A DNA stretch of 24,000 nucleotides. Source: Citrobacter pasteurii (lineage in GTDB: Bacteria > Pseudomonadota > Gammaproteobacteria > Enterobacterales > Enterobacteriaceae). Numbering within the stretch: position 1 is the first letter of the stretch; each line of letters begins with the position of its first letter. Below the pieces are notes generated by a model that saw only the letters and a program-made list of their open reading frames with translations, was not told the origin of the DNA and did no database searches. The position numbers and the translations under genes were made by a program. Below are positions 14,731-22,096 of the stretch, piece after piece. Location: the NCBI RefSeq assembly GCF_000826205.1, contig NZ_CDHL01000025.1, one strand, 5' to 3'.

Positions 14731-15288
14731 CGTATTCAGGGCCGACATCCTGACAGGTGAAGACTTTGCCGTTCACACAACAATAAGGACCGGATGTGAA
14801 TAAAAAAGCGTATTCAGGCAGTGCATTGCCATCCCGCCTGGCGTTACCGTCCCGGGTGACCTTCGTTCTGGAAGTTACCGGACTCTTCCTGGTGTGGTGG
14901 TGCCTGCTGAGACAGGAGTACACACCCGCCTCCTCTTTCATCGGAAATATCGCAGACGTCACGCAGTTCATTGGCGGACTGATTATGGTGATCTTTTGCT
15001 GCCGGGCATCTGGTTTTGCCGCGTTCATCCGCACCTTCGCGTATGGCGGTACCTGCGTGCCGTTGAATCAGACCTCCTCGCGGGAAGGTACACGCTATGT
15101 GCACCTGAACAGTTGACGGTTGTCACCTCAAAAGGCTACCAGGGCCCCCTGAAGGACAGCGTCGTATACACGAATGCAGGCATGATGAAGAGGCTGAATA
15201 CTAACATGACAGGATTAAATATTAGTTATGCCGTGCAGTTGATTGGTAATGAGGAAAAGAGCAGCAGAACAGCTCATGAGGTATATGC

Positions 15289-15762
15289 ATGATCCGCCTG
15301 TTATGTTCGATAGTTATGCTCGTTCTGACGTTTTCGGCCAGTGCGGATATCAGCGGCAGGGTTGTGCGCGTGCTGGACGGGGATACCATTGAGATTCTTG
15401 AATCAGGAAACAGACTGACCCGCGTTCGTCTGGCCGGCATCGATGCGCCTGAAAAGAGCCAGCCCTTTGGCCAGCGCTCCCGTCAGGCTCTTTCATCGAT
15501 GGTGGCGCAGCGCACCGTAACCGTCACGGGCGGAGATACAGATCGTTATGGACGGCTTCTGGGTACGGTGTGGCTTGACGCTAAGGACGTGAATGCCGAA
15601 CAGATCCGTAAGGGACTGGCCTGGGCGTACCGGTATCACGGAAACCCCGTCAAACCAGACTACGCTGCCCTGGAAAACGAAGCCAGATGTCAGGCAACCG
15701 GGCTCTGGTCAGCCCCCGGCCAGACAGAACCCTGGCGCTGGAGAAATCTGCATCAGGGATAA
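15289..15762 (+). CDS. nuc: secreted thermonuclease (staphylococcal-nuclease fold)
   Basis: Signal peptide MIRLLCSIVMLVLTFSASA. LDGDTIEI...VRLAGIDAPEKSQPFG...RYGRLLGTVW...GLAWAYRY matches the SNase pattern. GAGG RBS. Confidence 0.9.
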   Translation: MIRLLCSIVMLVLTFSASADISGRVVRVLDGDTIEILESGNRLTRVRLAGIDAPEKSQPFGQRSRQALSSMVAQRTVTVTGGDTDRYGRLLGTVWLDAKDVNAEQIRKGLAWAYRYHGNPVKPDYAALENEARCQATGLWSAPGQTEPWRWRNLHQG

Positions 15763-15805
15763 GGTTCTCTCAGTAATGCTCCTGATCCCGCATGATGCGG
15801 ACGGC

Positions 15806-16010
15806 ATGGCAAGCCGCGCTGATAGGCCTGTTTGATGAAAGGGAGCGGCGGGAATACGGTGAACGAAAACGGCAGAAATGAAGCCCGGGATGGCATGCGA
15901 TCTGGATCAACCGGCTGGAACTGAAAGCACATCTCAGGACGGATAACTTGGTTGCGGTGTGTTTAACCGCTGGCGTGGTGACCACTATCGGGATATGGCA
16001 GAGAAGATGA
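15806..16010 (+). pseudogene. degenerate fragment paralogous to the 5' part of 13289..13831
   Basis: 15828-15878 encodes LFDERERREYGERKRQK then TGA, compared with LYDERERREYGERKRQE in the intact gene. DNA similarity continues (CTGGATCA.CCGGC.GGAACTGAAAGC) with frame breaks. Confidence 0.6.
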
Positions 16011-16067
16011 TTACGCCCCGGAGTTCTTCCCCCCTTTCACTCAGGAATTCAGCCAACCCGTCAGACA

Positions 16068-16095
16068 GGAATATATAAGCCCGGCCTGACCGGGC
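16068..16095 (-). terminator. terminator of the phosphoethanolamine-transferase-like gene
   Basis: GCCCGG (16079-16084) pairs with CCGGGC (16090-16095). The minus-strand tail is TTATATATT. Confidence 0.5.
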
Positions 16096-16143
16096 CTTGA
16101 TAACGAGGAACAACTGCTGAAAATCAAATAGTCACCACGTATA

Positions 16144-17676
16144 TTAAAATCCTGAGTTTAAATCGTACGTGATATCTACTGCCGGATCATCCACTTTGTA
16201 CGCCTGTTTGCTTAAACCGTAGTCCTCTGTACTGGATATACCATCAAACAGGTTATAGGGACTAATTGAATCGCCGACGATCCCCATCCAGGTGGCCAGG
16301 CCATTAACAAACATCAGGCCAGATTTCCGGGATGTAACGATGGTTCTCTTGTCATCATCAGATGATATCTTAACCAAAGGAATATCATGATGATATTTAC
16401 TGGCGTAGTTATTATTTAATTTAATCTCGCCATTTATTTCACGATGAACCAGTCCATGATCTGAAAAATAAATCATAGAAAAAGATCGACCACTGTTTTT
16501 GCTCTTCAGTATATTATAGGTCTCTTTTAAGAAATCATCCGTCTGCCTGATACTCGAAATATAGCACGCAATATAGTTGTTAATTCTGGAGCGTGATCTG
16601 TACTGATCGTCCATTTCCTTAATTCTGTCGCAGACATTCGGATGAGACCCCATGGTATGCAACACGATAAATCGTTTTTTATTGGTACTCTTTGATAAGA
16701 CACTCGTTAACTTCCGTAACAGCGCTGTGTCCTGAATGTTGGATTCATTGTATCCCTGGAATTTAGTAAAGTAGGAGTATTGCGCATTTTTAGCTATCGC
16801 AGATACGGGCGAATCCCATTCACCAAACTGGCCCTGATTTGATAACCAGTAGGACTCGATACCAGCCCGGTTTACCAGTCCCATGATATTCTGGTTATAG
16901 TGTGGCTGCCAGTTGTGAGGATCCCCCTGTGTCAGCATCATACGCAAAGAACCTATGGTATAGGTACCGCCGGACGTCAGGCCATTGACGATGTCTGCAT
17001 TCACACTGTCCAGAAAGGGTGTATTACCGACAGGATAACCATATACATGAAAATAGTCCCTCCTGGCACTTTCTCCAATAATCAGAATGTAGTCATCATA
17101 TTTCGAATTATTTGTCAGATGAACTTCACCCCAGTCATTTTTGTTTACGTATTTTGATAGTTCAGCCTGATCCTCTTTATAATCGTTAATAGACCCCCCT
17201 GCTTTTTTGATAAAAACAAGTGCGCCAGATGATATGGTGAGAATAATTGCAACCATCATCACATAAGCTTTGTTTTTAATCGGCCTGATTTTAAATTTAT
17301 ATGACAACAGGTGTAACATATAAAAAATAACAGGGATTAAAAATGCATATACATATGATTTAGACGGTATCAATGTAAGAAATTCGAGACTTTCCTGACC
17401 GTCAGTAGCGAATAAAGATGATACATACTGATAAGACGGAAACCCGTAAGTAAACCCCACAGGGGCATACAGGCCAACAATTATCGATACCGGAAGCGTG
17501 ATCAGTCTATATGATTTTTTTGACCCCAGCGTAAAACTTATTAACAGCAGGAGAACAATGATGTTAAAGACCTCCGGATGTGAGTCACCGGTTGCTCTTA
17601 AGGTAAATTTTGACAATAAAAAAAGAGGAACAAGAAGAAATGTAATCAATATGTACTGCTTGTATTTTTTTTGCAT
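16144..17676 (-). CDS. sulfatase-family membrane phosphoethanolamine-transferase-like enzyme (510 aa)
   Basis: About 5 N-terminal TM helices. The periplasmic domain has IIGESARRDYFHVYGY, TSGGTYTIGSL, HTMGSHPNV, YISSIRQTDDFL and IYFSDHGL, which parallel the EptA/OpgE/MCR conserved blocks. It is clearly not MCR-1 itself. AT-rich. Confidence 0.8.
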   Translation of the reverse strand: MQKKYKQYILITFLLVPLFLLSKFTLRATGDSHPEVFNIIVLLLLISFTLGSKKSYRLITLPVSIIVGLYAPVGFTYGFPSYQYVSSLFATDGQESLEFLTLIPSKSYVYAFLIPVIFYMLHLLSYKFKIRPIKNKAYVMMVAIILTISSGALVFIKKAGGSINDYKEDQAELSKYVNKNDWGEVHLTNNSKYDDYILIIGESARRDYFHVYGYPVGNTPFLDSVNADIVNGLTSGGTYTIGSLRMMLTQGDPHNWQPHYNQNIMGLVNRAGIESYWLSNQGQFGEWDSPVSAIAKNAQYSYFTKFQGYNESNIQDTALLRKLTSVLSKSTNKKRFIVLHTMGSHPNVCDRIKEMDDQYRSRSRINNYIACYISSIRQTDDFLKETYNILKSKNSGRSFSMIYFSDHGLVHREINGEIKLNNNYASKYHHDIPLVKISSDDDKRTIVTSRKSGLMFVNGLATWMGIVGDSISPYNLFDGISSTEDYGLSKQAYKVDDPAVDITYDLNSGF

Positions 17677-17977
17677 ATTTCTGGTTATTCGCTAGCGGGT
17701 TGTATGAATACTGGTTATTTTACATGGGTAATGATAAATAATCACCTCTGATAAATGGCTTTAAATCCCCACCAGAAGAACTCCCCTGGCAAGACAGAAG
17801 CTCCTTCAGAGAGACGCCCCCCGAATGCGTCTCTCTGCTCATCAATAACAGTGGCAAATTGGATATTGGAAATTATTGTACGTTAAGAGTATTATTTAGC
17901 CAAAATACATAAGGTTACGCTCTTGGCGTACCTTTTCGTTCCATTGGACTTCAATCCCCATAGAATGATGACACTGG

Positions 17978-18340
17978 ATGAATGTAAAACGGCAAAAGGA
18001 ATATCTGGATATGACCCATAAAGTAGTTTCAACGCTGATCCTTTCAGGACGTTCAGAAGAATGCAAATGCGAAATTTATCAGCATGATACAGTTGAAGGC
18101 CCCAAATTTAACGCCTGTCTTTACCTACGACGAAGCGTTCTCATGGAGCTAAAGGAAGGGCCGTTTAGTCTACGTCACTCTGGTGCACCTACTTCAAAAC
18201 CTGTACTGACATGGGTTCAGGCCAGAATTCTTAAAGATATCGATGCAACCACTCTGGAAGCTACAGAGGCTACAATTAAAGATCGTTATGAGAATGAATC
18301 CTTCTTTATCCCAGCCTTTTTTGATTCTGCGCCTCTTTGA
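17978..18340 (+). CDS. hypothetical protein (120 aa)
   Basis: An ORF followed by a good terminator. The RBS is weak, and an alternative start lies at 18011. No motif recognised. Confidence 0.4.
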   Translation: MNVKRQKEYLDMTHKVVSTLILSGRSEECKCEIYQHDTVEGPKFNACLYLRRSVLMELKEGPFSLRHSGAPTSKPVLTWVQARILKDIDATTLEATEATIKDRYENESFFIPAFFDSAPL

Positions 18341-18345
18341 CCCCC

Positions 18346-18370
18346 AAAAGGCCGTTCCCGGCCTTTTTTA
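18346..18370. terminator. bidirectional terminator between convergent genes
   Basis: AAAAGGCCG-ttcc-CGGCCTTTTTT. Confidence 0.75.
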
Positions 18371-18386
18371 ATAACGCCAGTCAGCA

Positions 18387-19424
18387 TCATGTGTTCACGG
18401 GGCGTTTAAAATTTTTATTTCTCATACCAAACCGAAGAAACGGTTTTTCAAGCAAATAATAGCAAACAATGCCTCCGGTTATGCCAACAACAACCGAACC
18501 TAAAAAATAACATATCGCCAGGTTTTTATTCAAAATCTGCCCGAAGATTATGACAAAAACCACATACCATATCCTTTGAGAGACTGGATGAGACAAGTAG
18601 AGCGAATACGATATTTCCCCGAAGAACAAAGGTAATTTGCTTATGTTCCGATTAAAAAAATTCTCTAAAGAGACAACTCCGGCCACCATCATAAAGGCGG
18701 GTATCCCGTAAATCCAAAATCGCGAGGTCTGGTCAGCATTACAGGTCAATAGAATTGTAAAAGATAATATTACTAATCCCCCTCCCACCTTTACGCTGGC
18801 TTTCAATAAGTAACTTCTGAAGTAACCTAACCAGACACCGGCCAGAAACTCTAACATAATGGGGTTTGTATAGGTACTGAGCACCGGCCCTTTGAAATCA
18901 AAAAACATTCCACAGCACGTCAGGCCGCCCACAGAAATAAATATAAAAGCAATTCTTTTCTTAATTTCCTTCAAAAAAAGGCTAAGCCCGAATATAAAAT
19001 AAAAAAACATCTCATAGACCAGGGTCCACCCTATGGTATAGACCGGCGTAATGTCTCCAACATCCGGATTCAGGGTGGGAATGAGCAGAAATGATTTTAA
19101 GATAAATAATAGGTCAAGCCCCCTTGAGTTAAAGAACAGAGAGGGTACAAGAATAGCGGCCAAAACAATAGAAAGCGTAAACATCCAATAAAGCGGAATA
19201 ACCCTGAAAATTCGGGATATCCAGAATGACAGCGTATTATTTTTTTTACTTTCTGTTGTCACCCACATCACAAATCCGGATATTACAAAAAAAATATCAA
19301 CGCCGAATTCACCCACAGGATTACTGAAATAAGGAGAAACAACTGACATAACCATCGAATGATAAACTATAACTAAAAATGCCGCTAATCCACGAAGATA
19401 TTGAATGCCGTAATACTTTTCCAC
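18387..19424 (-). CDS. acyltransferase family 3 integral membrane O-acyltransferase (345 aa)
   Basis: IQYLRGLAAFLVIVYHS and GVDIFFVISGFVM are hallmark motifs, and there are about 10 TM segments. AT-rich. Confidence 0.85.
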   Translation of the reverse strand: MEKYYGIQYLRGLAAFLVIVYHSMVMSVVSPYFSNPVGEFGVDIFFVISGFVMWVTTESKKNNTLSFWISRIFRVIPLYWMFTLSIVLAAILVPSLFFNSRGLDLLFILKSFLLIPTLNPDVGDITPVYTIGWTLVYEMFFYFIFGLSLFLKEIKKRIAFIFISVGGLTCCGMFFDFKGPVLSTYTNPIMLEFLAGVWLGYFRSYLLKASVKVGGGLVILSFTILLTCNADQTSRFWIYGIPAFMMVAGVVSLENFFNRNISKLPLFFGEISYSLYLSHPVSQRIWYVVFVIIFGQILNKNLAICYFLGSVVVGITGGIVCYYLLEKPFLRFGMRNKNFKRPVNT

Positions 19425-20254
19425 AGGTCACAATCCATTTAATCTTAATTTAAATTTTAACATATCAAATAGCTTCATCTCTATTTACTTATGTTTTCAC
19501 AAGATCATTATACCCGTGATCGAGGAAGATGGGGACAGCTTGGAGATCGAAAGTTATTGAATAACTGGATTTTCTCCAGCACTGTAAGCTGTGTGGTATG
19601 GATTTTGTTTAATCAGGGGTTCAGGCGGGAAATCCCGCCTGATATATCAAATATAATGTTACCGTACATTCTTGTACGGTTGGCTATATCGCGGTAAATG
19701 CCGCCAGGCGGCATGGAGGCGCCAGCTGATGTTAACCAGTACACAGAAGCTCACTGGCGCCGTTGCCCGGCAAAGCCGGTTACTGTTCTGATAGATTCCA
19801 CCAATCCATCCCTTCCCCCTGTTAAGCCATAACCCGCTAACAGATAGCACAGGAAGCTATGTGCGCCGTCGGAGTTGTCACGACAAGGCTTAGCCGCAGT
19901 CGGGGCGTATCTCCGCGTTAGCGGGCCGTAAGGACCGCTTACGGGCGTGTTACTTGGGAGTTGTCGGCAGTATGAATTAAAGCGACTCAGAATCTAGTTA
20001 CAACATCCATCATTAAAAGCGATGTCTTCCGGCCCTCTGGGCCGGGTGGCGGCGCTTTTCAGTGGTGAGTTTGTGTGCGGAGTTGAAGATTTGGAAAGTC
20101 AGTTATCAGATGTTGGCAGTTTATAAAGTTCTGAACCCTGCCCGCCATTTTTGGCGGGAGCTACTTCCAGGCGCAAAGCGCCTGAACCGAACCGGCGCGG
20201 ACAACGTCCGCTGCAAGGGCGGGCGTTATACACATGTCCACAGGACAGGTGGTG

Positions 20255-20650
20255 AATAGGTTTTATTTTTAAAAGTAAGTAATAACTGAAGTTTAAAAGA
20301 AAGGAGATCGGGGGTTTAAAAGGATCATCGTGGTTTGTAAATAAACCATTTAGTGGTTTGAACGATATCCTTCCAGTGGATTGAAGCAATACCCTCTTGT
20401 AGTTTGTGTGGATAAGTAGAAGAACAACGAAAAGCGGCGAAACATTGCGCGATCGGTCACAGAAATGTGTGACCAACAACGGGCGGATTTTGTTTAAGTT
20501 TATTAACCCCGAGGTCTACAGGACGAGTTTGTCATTCAGAGACCTGAAACATGGACTGGAACAGGTGAAAACGGCAATACAAGCGGTAAAGCAGGCAGGC
20601 GGAAACCGGCGCCAGGGCACCAGGTCATATCGATTGTGTATTAGCAGGCG
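20255..20650 (-). other. IncFII-type origin of vegetative replication (oriV/oriR region)
   Basis: Lies immediately downstream of repA. GTGGTTTG, GTGGTTTG and GTGGATTG sit at 20330, 20353 and 20376 with 23-bp spacing. A DnaA box is at 20407-20415. The AT-rich tract at 20259-20303 carries a repeated TTTAAAAG. Confidence 0.55.
20407..20415 (-). promoter_or_regulatory. consensus DnaA box
   Basis: The plus strand reads TGTGGATAA, which is TTATCCACA on the minus strand. Confidence 0.6.
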
Positions 20651-21517
20651 TTAAGTTGTGACGAGCAAGGCATCACCGAGTCGAGCATAATGGCCACGCG
20701 AGAGCTTCATTCGCTCCGTGACACGACGTTCTATCTCCGCGCGCACCGAATCAAGACTACCGAAGAAGCGGCCCTTCCTGATTTCTTTCTGGATCTGCAG
20801 ACGAACCAGTTGCTCAATCTCTTTACGCGTTCGGGGAGCATCTTTACGCGCCCTGTGCCGTTTCATGCCGTGTTCATAACGTGACTTATGATACTGTCGG
20901 AAGCGTTCACGCACGTATGACCAGGCTGCACTGATAAGTTCATCAGCACCGGCGCGAGGTAGCCCTTTCTTCTCACGCTGCTTGTTCTCCCACTCGATAC
21001 GGCTGCGACGGGCTGCAGCAACTGCTTCCTCAGACACCCCCAGAACCTGCCACATCAGCGGCGTGAAAGTTATGTCTGTGGGGATATTGCAGCCGATTTC
21101 TTTGTCGTATTCGGTGTTATAGGTAATGAGATTGAGCTGAGCGAGAAACTTCAGTGCCCCCGTCAGGCGGGTGATCGACAGACGTTTTTTTTCCGTGGCC
21201 AGCCCGCAGCGAATGCTCATGGTAGTAAGCGATGAACCAACGCGATTAGCCAGGGGATTAAAATAATGGCACATTGCCTGAACAGCTGCTTCCAGAGCCC
21301 GTATGCGTAACACTGGCGGGCGCTTTTTGCGCTCACCACGGGCGATCAGCATAGCAACCAGAGCCTGAAACTCTGCACGCTGAGTGAAGCCAACAGCTTT
21401 CTCGCGAATTTTTTCGCAGAATGGTAGGGTTTTCTTTCCCTTTTCAGGAATGAACTCTGGATTCGGATTTTTTACCTGACGGTAAAGTGTAGTGGCTTCA
21501 GAAATCTGCTTACTCAC
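20651..21517 (-). CDS. repA: IncFII-family replication initiator RepA (RepA1), GTG start
   Basis: YRQVKNPNPEFIP, FCEKIREKAVGFT, PLANRV, CGLATEK..LSITR, ITYNTEYDKEIGCNIPTDITFT and SEEAVAAARRSRIEWENKQR closely follow RepA1 of R1/R100 as I recall it. The start codon is GTG, preceded by AGGAAG. Confidence 0.95.
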   Translation of the reverse strand: MSKQISEATTLYRQVKNPNPEFIPEKGKKTLPFCEKIREKAVGFTQRAEFQALVAMLIARGERKKRPPVLRIRALEAAVQAMCHYFNPLANRVGSSLTTMSIRCGLATEKKRLSITRLTGALKFLAQLNLITYNTEYDKEIGCNIPTDITFTPLMWQVLGVSEEAVAAARRSRIEWENKQREKKGLPRAGADELISAAWSYVRERFRQYHKSRYEHGMKRHRARKDAPRTRKEIEQLVRLQIQKEIRKGRFFGSLDSVRAEIERRVTERMKLSRGHYARLGDALLVTT

Positions 21518-21609
21518 TACTTCCTGCGCTTATGTTGCACAGAAGGAGTAAGCACGGAATCTCTTGTCTTTTTTCGCGCACGGGTTATACTCCCATACAG
21601 AAGCAACAA
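21517..21609 (-). CDS. candidate repA leader peptide (tap-like), start uncertain
   Basis: The open frame ends in a TAG (21519-21517) that overlaps the repA GTG by 1 nt (TAGTG). Possible starts are GTG at 21555 (12 aa) or TTG at 21609/21606 (about 30 aa). Confidence 0.3.
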   Translation of the reverse strand: MLLLYGSITRARKKTRDSVLTPSVQHKRRK

Positions 21610-21685
21610 CTTCTGTATGTTTCAAAGCAACCCCGTTAATCTTCTCGTCCGGCCAAGGTGAAGAGATTCTCGGGGTTTTGTTTTA
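21598..21685 (+). ncRNA. copA: CopA-like antisense RNA to the repA leader
   Basis: TTGTCT (21564-21569), 16 nt, then TATACT (21586-21591). Stem-loop I is CATACAGAAG-caacaa-CTTCTGTATG (21594-21619). Stem-loop II (21631-21675) is long and bulged, with G-T pairs that work only on the plus strand, then TTTTGTTTT. The predicted length of about 88 nt resembles the ~90-nt CopA of R1. Confidence 0.55.
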
Positions 21686-21769
21686 TCTGGCGTTTGTTGT
21701 TTACTACCCCAGATCCTGCCAACTTACGGCTTGGCTACCAATCATACATATCTGAATTCAATCTTCGGG

Positions 21770-21798
21770 ACTCTAACACTTAGATCCCAAACGATCAA
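21770..21798 (-). promoter_or_regulatory. predicted repA promoter
   Basis: The minus strand reads TTGATC (21798-21793), 17 nt, then TAGAGT (21775-21770). It lies 26 nt downstream of the Phd-like stop codon. GATC sites fall in the -35 and the spacer. Confidence 0.4.
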
Positions 21799-21823
21799 TT
21801 TAAAGAAATCCAACGGTTAACCA

Positions 21824-22024
21824 TTAACCATGCGCCTGAGAATCCTGAGACTCTAAAGCTTTTTTCATCTTTTCAAAAAGCTCAAGAGGCACACAGTAGA
21901 ACACTGGTTTGTTATAGCTCAAAATAGCCAGAGCCTCGCCATCAGTCGATGTTACTAGTTTTTCTGGATTAGCTTTAAGCTCAGAAACACCTGCAACACG
22001 GTTACAAAGAATCGTTCGCGACAT
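21824..22024 (-). CDS. Phd/YefM (StbD-like) antitoxin-fold protein, no cognate toxin (66 aa)
   Basis: GAGGG RBS. VSELKANPEKLV...GEALAILSYNKPVFYCVPLELFEKM matches the Phd/YefM N-terminal pattern. The gene occupies the position of copB/repA2. Confidence 0.75.
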   Translation of the reverse strand: MSRTILCNRVAGVSELKANPEKLVTSTDGEALAILSYNKPVFYCVPLELFEKMKKALESQDSQAHG

Positions 22025-22080
22025 TGAGAGCCCTCACAACAAGATAGCTAACTAATACCGCTCAGTATAGAACCACATTT

Positions 22081-22096
22081 AGACTTTAGAAAGTCT
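22081..22096. promoter_or_regulatory. palindrome overlapping the -35 of the Phd-like gene promoter
   Basis: AGACTTT-AG-AAAGTCT. A minus-strand TATACT lies at 22069-22064, and the -35 falls inside the palindrome. Confidence 0.4.

Noticed and set aside
12500-14748. Long minus-strand ORFs (12500..13249, 12681..13289, 13256..13690, 13879..14748)
   Set aside because: These are shadow ORFs opposite the kfrA-like gene, the unknown ORF and the exonuclease gene. Their composition is Arg/Pro/Gly-rich, and the plus-strand genes carry the recognisable motifs and RBSs.
15045-15056. ops-like sequence GGCGGTACCTGC
   Set aside because: It differs from the ops consensus GGCGGTAGnnTG at position 8. It is not in an obvious operon leader and is far from the RfaH-like gene, so it is most likely chance.
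14796-15292. ORFs 14796..15116 (GTG start, two hydrophobic segments) and 14894..15292
   Set aside because: They are mutually overlapping, with non-ATG starts, no RBS and no motif. They also overlap a minus-strand ORF of similar quality. I left them unannotated and flagged the gap in the findings.
16144-17676. Calling the phosphoethanolamine transferase an mcr colistin-resistance gene
   Set aside because: Only the family-level catalytic blocks match. The sequence is clearly different from MCR-1 as I recall it, and the nucleophile position is Ser. The substrate is unknown, so no resistance claim is made.
19491-19850. Small ORFs 19491..19697 (+) and 19659..19850 (-)
   Set aside because: They have no RBS or motif, and they lie in hairpin-rich non-coding DNA at the composition boundary.
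19858-19990. Possible group II intron 5' end (GTGCGCC at about 19861) or retron-like ncRNA
   Set aside because: No reverse-transcriptase or maturase ORF lies anywhere nearby, and I could not fold a domain V-like hairpin with the AGC triad and bulge. I treat it as unexplained structured DNA, not an intron or retron.
20099-20479. 126-aa minus-strand ORF and 20406..20654 plus-strand ORF inside the origin region
   Set aside because: They overlap the DnaA box, the phased repeats and the AT-rich tract. They have no RBS, and the origin-function reading is better supported.
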